NCBI GenBank assembly: GCA_938092005.1 | Contig: CALKOU010000007.1 | Location: 34,523-98,522 of the forward strand | Length of the DNA stretch: 64,000 bases | Direction of reading: 5' to 3' | DNA from: an uncultured Flavobacteriaceae bacterium | GTDB lineage: Bacteria > Bacteroidota > Bacteroidia > Flavobacteriales > Flavobacteriaceae | Part shown: positions 29,714 through 40,550 of the stretch, one piece after another | How positions within the stretch are numbered: position 1 is the first letter of the stretch | How the letters are laid out: each line of letters starts with the position of its first letter | Position numbers and translations under genes: made by a program | Notes under the pieces: model-generated | The model's input: the letters and a program-made list of their open reading frames with translations, nothing else | What the model was told of the DNA's origin: nothing | The model's database searches: none

Positions 29714-30871
29714 ATGCAGCAGTATATTTCTACAAATTTTAAGCTCGGTGTATTAGGTGGTGGTCAATTAGGCAAAATGCTAATGGACGTCACCCGAAGA
29801 TGGGACATTCGCACATATATTCTCGATTCAAACGCAGCGGCTCCTGCAAAAAACAGCTGCTATCGCTTTGTACAAGGCGACTTAATGGATTACGAAACCG
29901 TATTCGAGTTTGGTAAAGAAGTAGATGTTTTAACGATTGAAATTGAACACGTTAACATCGAAGCATTGTATGCGTTGGAGGAAAGAGGTGTTTTGGTGTA
30001 TCCTAAACCCGCAACCTTAGATATCATTCAAAACAAACAAACGCAAAAAGCTTTTTTTGAAGCACAAAAACTCCCCACTGCTCCCTTTATTACATGTCAA
30101 AACAAAGAGGAACTTTTAGCTCAAGTTGTGGCTGGAAATGTTGATTTTCCTTGCATTTGGAAAGCAGCTCGTTTTGGATATGACGGCTTTGGTGTAAAGA
30201 AATTAGACAACAAAGATGCTATTGTTACACTACCCGACAGCCCTTGTATTGTGGAACATCTTGTTCCTATTGCTCAAGAAATTGCAGTCATTGTTGCTCG
30301 AAACGCATCGGGTGATGTAGCCCTTTACCCTGCTGTGGGGATGGCTTTTCATCCCGAAGCTAATCAGGTAGAATATGTGTATTACCCAGCTGATGTTGAT
30401 AAAGCAATAGCAAGCAAAGCGGAAGCTATTGCCAAAAAACTGGTAAGTGCTTGGGAGCATGTTGGTTTGTTGGCTGTTGAATTTTTTGTTGATCACAATA
30501 ATAATCTGCTCATTAATGAAGTAGCACCCCGTCCTCACAACAGCGGACACCTAACCATTGAAGGCTGTATTACATCGCAATTTGAACAGCACATTCGTGC
30601 CGTTCTTGACGCTCCGCTTGGCAGTACTGCTTTTCATCAACCAACCATTATGGCCAATGTAGTAGGGCCTCAAGATGTAAACGGTACATTTGTTTACGAC
30701 GGCGTGGAAACCATTCTTAATACGCCAAAAGCGGGCTTGCACATTTATGGCAAGAAAACCACTAAGCCGCAACGAAAAATGGGACACATAACCTTAACCG
30801 GTGATGATTTAAATGGTATTTTTAAAAAAATTAAAGATCTAAAAGCAATCCTTCAACTAAAAGCAAATTGA
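29714..30871 (+). CDS. purK: 5-(carboxyamino)imidazole ribonucleotide synthase
   Basis: The product is an ATP-grasp enzyme with LGVLGGGQLGKM, EVAPRPHNSGH and QRKMGHITL. purE follows it. Confidence 0.9.
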   Translation: MQQYISTNFKLGVLGGGQLGKMLMDVTRRWDIRTYILDSNAAAPAKNSCYRFVQGDLMDYETVFEFGKEVDVLTIEIEHVNIEALYALEERGVLVYPKPATLDIIQNKQTQKAFFEAQKLPTAPFITCQNKEELLAQVVAGNVDFPCIWKAARFGYDGFGVKKLDNKDAIVTLPDSPCIVEHLVPIAQEIAVIVARNASGDVALYPAVGMAFHPEANQVEYVYYPADVDKAIASKAEAIAKKLVSAWEHVGLLAVEFFVDHNNNLLINEVAPRPHNSGHLTIEGCITSQFEQHIRAVLDAPLGSTAFHQPTIMANVVGPQDVNGTFVYDGVETILNTPKAGLHIYGKKTTKPQRKMGHITLTGDDLNGIFKKIKDLKAILQLKAN

Positions 30872-30872
30872 C

Positions 30873-31358
30873 ATGAAAGTAGCCGTTATTATGGGAAGCA
30901 AAAGCGACCTCCCCGTTATGCAAGATGCCATTGACACCTTGGCATTGTTTGAAATTGACACACACGTTGATATTGTTTCGGCGCATCGTACTGCCGATAA
31001 AATGATGACATTTGGAAAAACAGCTCACGAAAATGGTATTGATGTTATTATTGCCGGTGCAGGTGGTGCCGCACACCTTCCTGGAATGGTAGCCGCTATA
31101 TCTCCATTACCTGTCATTGGAGTACCCGTTAAATCATCTAATTCAATTGATGGTTGGGACTCTGTTTTATCAATACTCCAAATGCCCGGGGGTGTGCCCG
31201 TAGCAACTGTAGCCCTTAATGGTTCCAAAAATGCAGCATTACTTGCTTGTCAAATTCTAGGGGTTAAAAATCCAGCCTTGCGAGAGGCAATGATTGCTTA
31301 CAAAGAATCTTTGGCGGAAAAAGTGCATCAAAGTGCTAAAGACCTCAACAAAAACTAA
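30873..31358 (+). CDS. purE: 5-(carboxyamino)imidazole ribonucleotide mutase
   Basis: The sequence contains VAVIMGSKSDL, SAHRT, AGGAAHLPGMVA and IGVPV. Confidence 0.95.
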   Translation: MKVAVIMGSKSDLPVMQDAIDTLALFEIDTHVDIVSAHRTADKMMTFGKTAHENGIDVIIAGAGGAAHLPGMVAAISPLPVIGVPVKSSNSIDGWDSVLSILQMPGGVPVATVALNGSKNAALLACQILGVKNPALREAMIAYKESLAEKVHQSAKDLNKN

Positions 31359-32136
31359 GCGCTAAACAACTTATTCCAAGCCAAAGAACAGGAATAGCTT
31401 CTACCCAAAAAGAAGTTATATATTTTGCAGACTTCTTCTTCACAACAAAAACCACCCATCCCAAGGTTAACAACATGGTGATTTCTATCCACAGCAATGC
31501 CTCATTGTTCGTGGTAATGAACGCCAAAAGCGCTAAGATGATTAAAATCAAATAGGCTATTTTTTTTGCATTACCAACACCCAAAAGCTGAGGAAGTGTT
31601 TTTAACTCTGGTGCGTCTTTTGTTATGTCGTGTACCTCTAACGGGATCATCATGACCAAAACCCAAAGCATGGATTTGAATGCAAGAAGCAAAAAATCAA
31701 CTGAGCTGGTTTGAACTATTGAAAAAAGTGCAAGTATGGACCAACATAAAGCCACAATAAAAATTTTGAGCGTGGGCACATAGCGCAGTCCTCTACTTTT
31801 TTGAAGTGGAGACGCATACAAAAGCGTTAACACACCTACAAAACCAAAAATAAGCCAAACACGTAGTGGTTGCTGAACGATTCCAAAAACACCAATACTC
31901 AATCCTAACAAAATCATAAATACAGCCTGCCAACGCATACGCTGTTGCTGCAACAATACAGGCACAACAACATGGAAATATTGATAGGCAAGCCAACCAA
32001 AACCAAAAATGGAACATTGCAAAGAACTTGATAAACGAATATCATGCTGTAAAGCAAGAACGCTACAAAAAGCCCAAAGCGACACGGCCACGTGAAGGCT
32101 CGATTGAATGTAGCTATGGATTAAACGATGTATCAT
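31345..32136 (-). CDS. Polytopic membrane protein, possibly UbiA-prenyltransferase-like
   Basis: The 263-aa ORF has about 8 hydrophobic spans. Its HDITKDAPELKTLPQLLG resembles the second Asp-rich UbiA motif (DxxxD…KTL…G). I saw no first Asp-rich motif. Confidence 0.45.
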   Translation of the reverse strand: MIHRLIHSYIQSSLHVAVSLWAFCSVLALQHDIRLSSSLQCSIFGFGWLAYQYFHVVVPVLLQQQRMRWQAVFMILLGLSIGVFGIVQQPLRVWLIFGFVGVLTLLYASPLQKSRGLRYVPTLKIFIVALCWSILALFSIVQTSSVDFLLLAFKSMLWVLVMMIPLEVHDITKDAPELKTLPQLLGVGNAKKIAYLILIILALLAFITTNNEALLWIEITMLLTLGWVVFVVKKKSAKYITSFWVEAIPVLWLGISCLALSFC

Positions 32137-32240
32137 AAGAAGCTACAAAACTACCAAATGTGTTAATAAGGTAGCGTTTTACGGTTAACAACTTTAGGCT
32201 GAAATGATTAGGTTTTCTTTTTAGGTTTTTGTCAAAAATA

Positions 32241-32248
32241 TAACTTTG
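32241..32248 (+). promoter_or_regulatory. -7 box TAACTTTG upstream of gcvP
   Basis: This is an exact TAnnTTTG 22 nt before the ATG at 32271. Confidence 0.45.
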
Positions 32249-32270
32249 GAAGGGTAATAAACTTACGCTT

Positions 32271-35135
32271 ATGGATACGCAGAACTTTGCTCTTCGCCAT
32301 TTAGGTCCAAACGAAAAGGAGTTGGATCAAATGCTTCATATGATTCAAGCGGAATCGCTTGATGAATTAGTCGCTCAAACGGTTCCAGATGCCATTCGAA
32401 TCCAAAAACCCTTGTCGCTGCCAGAGGCCATGAGCGAACATGGTTTTTCTAAACACATTGCAGCACTTGGGAAACAAAACAGCGTATTTACCTCATTCAT
32501 TGGTCTAGGCTATCATGAAGCCATTTTACCAGGTGTTATTCAACGGAATATTTTAGAAAATCCAGGTTGGTATACAGCCTATACGCCTTACCAAGCTGAA
32601 ATTGCTCAAGGGCGCATGGAAGCGTTGTTGAACTTCCAAACCATGATTGTAGAACTTACAGGAATGGAACTTGCCAACGCATCGCTACTAGATGAATCAA
32701 CCGCTGCTGCAGAAGCCATGAGCTTGCTTTTTGGACAACGTACACGAGTGCAAAAAAAACAACAAACCAATTGCTTTTTTGTTGATGAAAACACCTTGCC
32801 TCAAACCAAGTCGGTATTAGAAACAAGAGCAACCCCTGTTGGGATTACGCTTGTTTATGGCAACTGTGATGATTTTGTTCCATCATCCGAATTCTTTGGT
32901 GCTTTAGTGCAATACCCAGGGTGTAATGGAGCCATTCCCGACTTAAAATCTTTTATTGACACTGCATCAGCAGCAGACATCAAAACAGCAGTAGCTGCCG
33001 ATTTAATGAGTCTGATACTTTTGGAAGCACCCGGAACGTTGGGTGCCGACGTTGTTGTGGGGAGCAGTCAGCGCTTTGGTATTCCACTTGGTTACGGTGG
33101 CCCACACGCAGCATTTTTTGCAACCAAAACTGCCTATAAGCGAAGTGTCCCAGGAAGAATCATTGGCGTCACACAAGATAAATCTGGAAAACGAGCGTTA
33201 CGAATGGCGTTACAAACACGCGAACAACACATCAAACGCGACAGAGCAACATCAAATATTTGCACAGCGCAAGTACTGCTGGCCATCATGGCAGGGATGT
33301 ATGCCGTTTATCACGGGCCTAAGGGCCTATCAGCTATCGCTAGCCGCATACACAAAAATGCATGCCAACTAAATCAAGCACTAGACGCGATGGGTATTCC
33401 TCAAAAAAACAAAGCGTTTTTTGACACCCTACACATTGAAGCTCCCACCGAAAAAGTGAAACTTTTAGCTGAAGCTGAAGGAATCAATTTAAGGTATATC
33501 AACGAAAACGAGTTAACCGTTTCGTTCCATGAGGCTACTGAAAACCATCATGTAGAAACACTCATTGAGGTATTTGCTAAAGCAACAACTAAAAATGAAG
33601 TGGATGTAAATGTTAGCAATATAGACTGCATCCCACACACACATAAGAGAACAACGACATTTTTAACACACGACGTATTCCAAAGCTATCATGCCGAAAC
33701 CAGCATGATGCGCTATATCAAGTCGTTGGAACGAAAAGATTTGGCACTCAACCATTCTATGATTGCGTTGGGATCATGTACCATGAAACTCAATGCTGCT
33801 ACAGAAATGTTTGCCTTGAGCGATCCACAATGGAACAACATACACCCTTTTGCACCCATTCACCAAGCAGCAGGGTATACACGGGTACTACACGACCTAG
33901 AAGATTACCTAACCGAAATCACTGGTTTTGGAGGCACTTCTTTACAACCCAATTCAGGAGCCCAAGGAGAATTTGCAGGACTAATGGTAATCCGAGCTTT
34001 TCATCGAGCTAATAACGATGTTCATCGTAATATTTGTCTTATTCCAGCATCTGCTCACGGAACAAACCCTGCATCTGCGGTTATGGCAGGGATGAATGTG
34101 GTCGTTGTTGGCACAGATGAACGTGGAAATATTGATATTGATGATTTAAAAGCAAAAGCTGATGAATATGCCGATAAGCTTGCGGCACTCATGATTACCT
34201 ACCCATCAACGCATGGTGTTTTTGAATCTGGCATAAAAGAAATAACGAGTTACATCCACAGCAAAGGAGGGCAAGTTTATATGGACGGCGCCAACATGAA
34301 TGCACAAGTTGGCTTAACAAGTCCTGGTGCTATTGGAGCAGACGTTTGTCACCTTAACTTACACAAAACATTTGCCATTCCGCACGGGGGTGGTGGTCCA
34401 GGAGTTGGCCCCATTTGCGTTGCCAAACACCTCGTGCCGTTCTTACCTAACCATGCTCTTGTCTCAACAAGCGGCAAACAAGGTATCAACGCACTTGCTG
34501 CAGCTCCTTATGGGTCAGCGCTTGCTTGTCTTATCTCTTATGCATATATACGTTTATTAGGTGCATCGGGGCTTACCAAAGCAACGGAAGTAGCTATCCT
34601 AAATGCAAACTATATAAAAGAACGAATTGCCAAGCATTATCCAGTACTGTATAGCGGTGATAACAACCGTGCAGCACATGAATTTATTATTGACTGCCGT
34701 TCGTTTAAAGAAAAGGGTATTGAAGTCATGGACATTGCGAAGCGTCTAATCGATTACGGTTTTCATGCGCCAACAGTTTCATTTCCAGTGCCAGGCACCA
34801 TGATGATTGAACCAACCGAGAGCGAAAATAAAGCTGAATTGGATCGCTTTTGTGAAGCATTCATTTCCATTCGTTACGAAATTGAAGCAAGTTTCACAAA
34901 ACAACCTAACAACTTGCTTCGCAATGCACCCCACACGTTAGCACAACTTACGGCTCATGATTGGGAACTGCCTTACACTAGAGAAGAAGCAGCCTATCCA
35001 AAGCAATTTGTGCGTGACAATAAATTTTGGCCAAGCGTGCAACGTGTAGACGAAGCTTTTGGTGACCGAAACTTAGTGTGTACTTGTGCTCCCATAGAAA
35101 TGTATATGGAAAAACCAGTACCTAACACACCTTGA
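32271..35135 (+). CDS. gcvP: Glycine dehydrogenase (decarboxylating), glycine cleavage P protein
   Basis: The 954-aa single-chain P protein contains YTPYQAEI.QGR.EALLNFQT, and the PLP-lysine context HLNLHKTFAIPHGGGGPG. Confidence 0.97.
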   Translation: MDTQNFALRHLGPNEKELDQMLHMIQAESLDELVAQTVPDAIRIQKPLSLPEAMSEHGFSKHIAALGKQNSVFTSFIGLGYHEAILPGVIQRNILENPGWYTAYTPYQAEIAQGRMEALLNFQTMIVELTGMELANASLLDESTAAAEAMSLLFGQRTRVQKKQQTNCFFVDENTLPQTKSVLETRATPVGITLVYGNCDDFVPSSEFFGALVQYPGCNGAIPDLKSFIDTASAADIKTAVAADLMSLILLEAPGTLGADVVVGSSQRFGIPLGYGGPHAAFFATKTAYKRSVPGRIIGVTQDKSGKRALRMALQTREQHIKRDRATSNICTAQVLLAIMAGMYAVYHGPKGLSAIASRIHKNACQLNQALDAMGIPQKNKAFFDTLHIEAPTEKVKLLAEAEGINLRYINENELTVSFHEATENHHVETLIEVFAKATTKNEVDVNVSNIDCIPHTHKRTTTFLTHDVFQSYHAETSMMRYIKSLERKDLALNHSMIALGSCTMKLNAATEMFALSDPQWNNIHPFAPIHQAAGYTRVLHDLEDYLTEITGFGGTSLQPNSGAQGEFAGLMVIRAFHRANNDVHRNICLIPASAHGTNPASAVMAGMNVVVVGTDERGNIDIDDLKAKADEYADKLAALMITYPSTHGVFESGIKEITSYIHSKGGQVYMDGANMNAQVGLTSPGAIGADVCHLNLHKTFAIPHGGGGPGVGPICVAKHLVPFLPNHALVSTSGKQGINALAAAPYGSALACLISYAYIRLLGASGLTKATEVAILNANYIKERIAKHYPVLYSGDNNRAAHEFIIDCRSFKEKGIEVMDIAKRLIDYGFHAPTVSFPVPGTMMIEPTESENKAELDRFCEAFISIRYEIEASFTKQPNNLLRNAPHTLAQLTAHDWELPYTREEAAYPKQFVRDNKFWPSVQRVDEAFGDRNLVCTCAPIEMYMEKPVPNTP

Positions 35136-35192
35136 TATTATTGGTGACACCATTTAAATCAACATCTTGTTTCTTCATAGCGTTTAGATTTC

Positions 35193-35200
35193 TATATTTG
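35193..35200 (+). promoter_or_regulatory. -7 box TATATTTG upstream of the KAS III-like gene
   Basis: This is an exact TAnnTTTG 33 nt before the ATG at 35234. Confidence 0.4.
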
Positions 35201-35233
35201 AATATCAGAATACGACCACTACTTTAAGCAACC

Positions 35234-36292
35234 ATGGGGATTCATATTACAGGCGTTGGAAGCTATATTCCTTCACACATAGAACGAAATCAAGATTTTT
35301 TAGACCACCTTTTTTTAGACGAAAGCGGAAATCCGTTTGGGAATGGAAATGGAGATATCATTGAAAAATTTAAAGTCATAACGGGTATCGAAGAACGGCG
35401 TTATGCCAAACCGCATCAAACAACATCTGATCTTGCTTTTTTAGCTGCAGAAAACGCCATTCAAGACGCGTCGCTTGATCCAGAAACCCTCGATTATATC
35501 ATCGTAGCACACAATTTTGGTGATATTCAACACGGTTGTATACAGACTGACATGTTACCCTCTTTAGCCACAAGAGTAAAGCATCATTTGCAAATCAAAA
35601 ATCCAAACTGTGTGGCTTATGACCTCATTTTTGGATGCCCGGGTTGGATAGAAGGCGTTATCCAGGCAAAAGCATTTATCAAAGCAGGAATGGCAAAACG
35701 CTGTTTGGTTATTGGAGCAGATGCACTGTCACGCATAGTCGATCAGAACGACAGAGATGCCATGATTTTTGCTGATGGTGCAGGTGCCACCATTATTGAA
35801 GAAACGGAAGAAGATGGTGGCATTCTAAGCCATGGTTCTCAAACCTATAGTACAGAAGAAGCCTTCTTCTTATATGCAGGAAAATCAAATGATCCAACTG
35901 CAAAACCAGAGGACAAATACATCAAAATGTTCGGAAGAAAGGTGTATGAATTTGCGATTAGTCATGTGCCGCAAGCCATGAAAGATTGTTTTGACAAAAG
36001 CGGTGAAGACATCCATTCGTTAAAAAAGATTTTTTTACATCAAGCCAATGAAAAAATGGACGAAGCTATCGTCAAACGATTCTATCGTCTTTTTCGTCAA
36101 CCAGCTCCAGACGACATATTGCCTATTAGTATTCATAAGCTAGGAAACAGCTCCGTAGCAACTGTGCCTACCCTACTGGACTTGGTCAAACGAAATGACC
36201 TAAACGGGCACCAAATAAAAAAAGGGGATGTAGCCATTTTTGCAAGTGTTGGTGCGGGCATGAATATCAATGCATTTACATACAAGTTTTAA
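35234..36292 (+). CDS. 3-oxoacyl-ACP synthase III family protein (FabH-like)
   Basis: The active-site contexts are GCPGW (Cys), LHQAN (His) and GNSSVATVP (Asn). The ORF is 352 aa. Confidence 0.85.
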   Translation: MGIHITGVGSYIPSHIERNQDFLDHLFLDESGNPFGNGNGDIIEKFKVITGIEERRYAKPHQTTSDLAFLAAENAIQDASLDPETLDYIIVAHNFGDIQHGCIQTDMLPSLATRVKHHLQIKNPNCVAYDLIFGCPGWIEGVIQAKAFIKAGMAKRCLVIGADALSRIVDQNDRDAMIFADGAGATIIEETEEDGGILSHGSQTYSTEEAFFLYAGKSNDPTAKPEDKYIKMFGRKVYEFAISHVPQAMKDCFDKSGEDIHSLKKIFLHQANEKMDEAIVKRFYRLFRQPAPDDILPISIHKLGNSSVATVPTLLDLVKRNDLNGHQIKKGDVAIFASVGAGMNINAFTYKF

Positions 36293-37922
36293 CGCCGTTC
36301 TAGTACTTCGCCAATAGGATTACCAATGGTTCCTGTTGGATTACTTATTTCAAGTAATGCGCTTATGGTTGGTGCAATATCTGTAATGTTTGTTCTTTTA
36401 AACGTCTCCCCCTTTTTGACTCCTTTTCCAAACAACAACAATGGAACATGCGTGTCATACACAAATGCAGAACCGTGTGTAGTTCCATATTTACGGTAGT
36501 TCATATAGCCAGGCAACAAGACATAGTTAATATCTCCAGAACGTTTTGGGTGATAACCGCGTTGCAGACGTTGAATAAGCGGATTGTCTTCATTCATTTT
36601 CATTAGCGTTGCTGTTGGATACGCAGCAGCAATTCCTTCTTGACTTTGAATAAAAGAGGCTATAAAATGGCTTACCCTGCCACTATCGAGTTTAGCAGCT
36701 GCTATTTTTTTATGATCTAAATACACTTCATTATTTGAAACATTTCGAATCAAATTAGCGACACCATACTGATCCTGAACACCCTTCTTAAGGGCTTCCA
36801 CCAGTTCCTTCTCATGAATATATCCAGCAGGAATTTTGTTGTCAGTCAAATAATTAGGTACTGGTGCAACACCATGATCTGCAGTAAGAAAAACGGTGTA
36901 TTGTCCTTTTCCAACCTCACGATCAAGTGTTTCAAACAAACGAGCTAACTCAAGGTCCAGCCGAACATAGGTATCTTGCAATTCTTTGGCGTTTGTGCCA
37001 AAAGCGTGGCCTATATAATCTGTTGATGAGTAGCACACCATCATAACATCAGCGTAAGTGTCTGCTCCTAAAGCTTCTCCTTTTAGAGCCTCATTGCAAA
37101 ATCGGTAACCAAACTATTCCCGTAGGGTGTACTTTCCAACACATCATACCCACCACTATTCAGGGCTAGTGCTTTCAAATCATAGGGAAATGTTGGCGTA
37201 TCTTTCCCATTTATCAATCGTTCATAAGGGCTGTTATCAGGGCCTGTTTCAGCATAAGCATCTATCGGGTAAAAGGTATCCCAGATCGTAAGATAATCAT
37301 CTATTTTTCTAGAGCTATTAAAGGTTTTTGCCCAATCGGGTAGTGAATCCACATAAAAATTGCTAGTCACAAAATTTCCCTCATCTTTCCCTGAAAACCA
37401 ATATGCACCATTCGCGGTATGTCCAATAGAAAGTATGGCACTTCTATCTTTAATAGAGACGCTTATGGATTTGCCCCTCATCTGGGTAGCAAGTCTGTTT
37501 TCGTCTGCAAATGTGGAAACCAAAAGGGATGTGGGTGCTTTTTTTCCTTCCTTGCCTTGAGTACCTACTCCCAAAAAGCTTGTATCGTCAACGCAGTATC
37601 TTTTTTCCCCTGTTTGCCGATCAAACCAACTGTTTCCTATAATGCCATGAACAGCTGGTGGGGTTCCGGTTGCAATGCTAGCATGGCCTGGTCCTGTTTT
37701 GGTTTGAGCATAGTCAAAGTGATGGTTATTGGCCACGAATCCTTCGTTATAAAAGCGCATAAAACCATGTGCTGTAAAGTGATCCTGAAAGCGATATACG
37801 TAATCCATACGCATCTGATCTACAACGATACCCACCACAAGTTTCGTCTTGGTCGTATCGTGATTATTAACGCAACCCAATAGCAAAAGCAACGTTATTA
37901 AATATGTCGGTATTTTGTTCAT
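36289..37922 (-). pseudogene. PafA-like alkaline phosphatase / nucleotide pyrophosphatase family gene split by a 1-nt frameshift
   Basis: The N-terminal ORF (37922-37083) has a lipoprotein signal LLLLGC and the motifs VVDQMRMDY and GPGHASIATGT. The C-terminal ORF (37044-36289) has SSTDYIGHAFG and LTADHG. The C-terminal frame stays open upstream to 37113, and the two frames overlap at 37083-37113. Confidence 0.75.
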
Positions 37923-38000
37923 GATTTAAGATTTTAACAAAGGTTCATTTTTATTTAGATAATAAGGTTATAGTAACATTAATTTTTTACATTCGTTTAC

Positions 38001-38738
38001 GTGAAAATGCTACATCATATTGGGGGATATTTATTGATGCTTCGGTTGGTTTTTGTCAAACCTACTAAAGGTAAAGTAATGCGGAAGCTCATTTTCAAAG
38101 ATATTCAAGATCTTATTATTGGGTCATTAGGTATTGTTGGTTTTCTATCTTTTTTTGTGGGTGGTGTGGTTGCCATACAAACAGCACTTAATATTGACAG
38201 CCCACTAATTCCAAAAAATTTGGTCGGCTTTGCCACACGACAATCTGTTATTTTAGAATTTGCACCCACGTTTATGAGCATCATTTTGGCGGGAAAAGTA
38301 GGTTCGTTTATCACTTCAAGCATAGGCACCATGCGTGTGACAGAGCAAATTGATGCGCTGGAAGTAATGGGCATCAACTCGGTAAACTACTTGGTGTTCC
38401 CCAAAATTATCGCCATGCTGTTATTACCGCTTGTGATTAACATCTCCATGTTCTTGGGGATTATGGGTGGATATGCAGCAACGCTTTATGGCGGCTTCTC
38501 TAGTAGTGCTGATTTTATTGAAGGAATACAACTCGATTTTAGACCTTTTCATGTGGTGTATGCTTTTGTCAAAACATTCATCTTTGCGATAATATTAGCA
38601 ACCATTCCATCCTATCACGGCTATTACATGAAAGGTGGTGCTTTAGAAGTAGGTAAGGCTGCAACAGTTGCTTTTGTGTGGACTTCTGTCGTGATCATTG
38701 TACTCAATTATTTTATTACGCAATTACTATTAGCCTAA
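38001..38738 (+). CDS. MlaE-family ABC transporter permease
   Basis: The 245-aa ORF contains MRVTEQIDALEVMGINSVNYLVFPK, a hallmark of MlaE/YrbE permeases. The start is either GTG 38001 or ATG 38007. Confidence 0.85.
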   Translation: MKMLHHIGGYLLMLRLVFVKPTKGKVMRKLIFKDIQDLIIGSLGIVGFLSFFVGGVVAIQTALNIDSPLIPKNLVGFATRQSVILEFAPTFMSIILAGKVGSFITSSIGTMRVTEQIDALEVMGINSVNYLVFPKIIAMLLLPLVINISMFLGIMGGYAATLYGGFSSSADFIEGIQLDFRPFHVVYAFVKTFIFAIILATIPSYHGYYMKGGALEVGKAATVAFVWTSVVIIVLNYFITQLLLA

Positions 38739-39493
38739 TGATAGCGTTACGAAACATTACGAAGTCTTTTGATGGACGAGAAGTTCTTAAGGGCATTAGT
38801 ATGGTTTTTGAGCCTGGGAAGACCAACCTTATCATTGGTCAAAGCGGTTCGGGAAAAACCGTTTTACTCAAATGTTTATTGGGATTGCATCAACCCGATT
38901 CAGGCGAGATGCTTTTTAATGGAGAGGTATTTGGTGAAATGGACGACAGCATCAAACGAACCTTAAGACGTGAAATGGGAATGGTATTTCAAGGAAGCGC
39001 ATTGTTTGACTCCATGACTGTTTTGGAAAATGTAATGTTCCCCATGCAAATGCTAACCAATACCCCTCAAAAAGAAATAAAAAGTGCCGCCGAGCAAGTT
39101 ATTGAGCGCGTTAATTTAAAAGACGCCAACAAAAAACTCCCAGCAGAACTTTCTGGAGGTATGCAAAAGCGGGTAGCAATTGCACGTGCGGTGGTCATGA
39201 AACCCAAATACCTATTTTGTGACGAGCCTAACTCTGGACTTGATCCCAAAACAGCCATTGTCATCGATAACTTGATTCGAGAAATAACGCAAGAAAACAA
39301 CATTACGACTGTCATAAATTCACACGACATGAACTCGGTGATGGAAATTGGAGATAGCATCTTATTTTTAAAAGACGGCATTAAAGCGTGGGAAGGAAGC
39401 AAGGAATTGATTTTTAAAACCGATAATACTGCCGTAAATGACTTTGTATATTCATCGGATTTAATGAAAAAAGTCAAGCAGCTTTACAAGTAA
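38738..39493 (+). CDS. ABC transporter ATP-binding protein (MlaF-like)
   Basis: The sequence has Walker A GQSGSGKT, the signature LSGGMQKRVAIARA and Walker B LFCDEP. Its ATG overlaps the permease stop (TAATG). Confidence 0.88.
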   Translation: MIALRNITKSFDGREVLKGISMVFEPGKTNLIIGQSGSGKTVLLKCLLGLHQPDSGEMLFNGEVFGEMDDSIKRTLRREMGMVFQGSALFDSMTVLENVMFPMQMLTNTPQKEIKSAAEQVIERVNLKDANKKLPAELSGGMQKRVAIARAVVMKPKYLFCDEPNSGLDPKTAIVIDNLIREITQENNITTVINSHDMNSVMEIGDSILFLKDGIKAWEGSKELIFKTDNTAVNDFVYSSDLMKKVKQLYK

Positions 39494-39494
39494 C

Positions 39495-40550
39495 TCAATC
39501 TTGATCTCGCGATAAAACAAGTAACTCTGCTTCTTTCAACCTATCGTACTTCACTAATTCTTGCTCTAAAAACTGGATGGTTGCCGTATCTACCGCTACT
39601 AATCCTAAAGGGTTGATAACAAGTTGATGGTCTGTTTTTTGGTTATAATGTATTGCTGCAGATTCTACTAGATAGTTACCATAACGCAATGGAGAAACAT
39701 GCTGTGCCAAAAATAAATTTACTTCCTTTCTAAACGCATTTTCTACTAAGGCGTTTTTGAATGTTACGCCAGCAGGAATCATCACGAGCAAAGCAATAAA
39801 ACTGACAGCGCGAACCACATACCTACGCCTTTTTGAATCGGCATAGTGAATCATGGGGAAACGCAACAACTTCACAACAATAAATGAAGCAAAAGCAATG
39901 AAGGTAGCATTAATAAAAAAAAGATACAAAGCACCAAGCGCATAGCTAAGATTTCCTACTGCCAAACCAAAGCCAATAGTACACAAAGGAGGCATTAGCG
40001 CAGTTGCGATGGCAACACCAAAAATAACGGAAGCGATAGTTCCCTTTTTTGTTCGGGCAATCGCTAGTGCTGCACCACCGAAAAAAGCAATAAACACATC
40101 TCGAATATCGGGTTGTGTTCGTGCCAATAGTTCTGAAGATTCTTGTTGAAGTGGAAACAATAAGAAGAAAACCGTAGCTGTAACGGCACTCAACAACACC
40201 ATGACAATAAAATTTTGAGTGGCCGATTTGAGCATATCCAGATCGTTAATAGCTAATCCAATGCCAATTCCCAAAACAGGACCCATAAGCGGTGCAATAA
40301 GCATCGCACCAATAACAACAGCCGTGGAATCAGTATTCAAACCAATGCATGCAATAAAAATAGAACACATCAACACCCAAGCTGTGGCACCTTTGAAAGG
40401 GATATCTTGGCGAACAGCTTCAAGTGTAGCTGCATAATCAGTACTCCTAGTGATATCAAAAAGATGACGCATATAACTCAGTTGACCAGCCCAACCTTGC
40501 TTTTTTGGTGGCTCTTGCGTGTTATCCGAAAAGTCAAATTTAGTTTCCAT
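39495..40550 (-). CDS. DUF389-family membrane protein
   Basis: The 351-aa ORF contains …DSTAVVIGAMLIAPLMGPVLGIG…, typical of DUF389, and has multiple transmembrane spans. Confidence 0.7.
   Translation of the reverse strand: METKFDFSDNTQEPPKKQGWAGQLSYMRHLFDITRSTDYAATLEAVRQDIPFKGATAWVLMCSIFIACIGLNTDSTAVVIGAMLIAPLMGPVLGIGIGLAINDLDMLKSATQNFIVMVLLSAVTATVFFLLFPLQQESSELLARTQPDIRDVFIAFFGGAALAIARTKKGTIASVIFGVAIATALMPPLCTIGFGLAVGNLSYALGALYLFFINATFIAFASFIVVKLLRFPMIHYADSKRRRYVVRAVSFIALLVMIPAGVTFKNALVENAFRKEVNLFLAQHVSPLRYGNYLVESAAIHYNQKTDHQLVINPLGLVAVDTATIQFLEQELVKYDRLKEAELLVLSRDQD

Noticed and set aside
32137-32270. A glycine riboswitch was looked for upstream of gcvP.
   Set aside because: I could not find the conserved GGAGAG…CACCGAAGGGGCAA-type aptamer cores. 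The region contains only an AT-rich spacer with a -7 box.
36289-37044. The ORF starting MMVCYSS… was considered as an independent 251-aa gene.
   Set aside because: Its frame continues upstream without a start and reads directly on from the phosphatase N-terminal half. I therefore treat it as the 3' part of one frameshifted gene.
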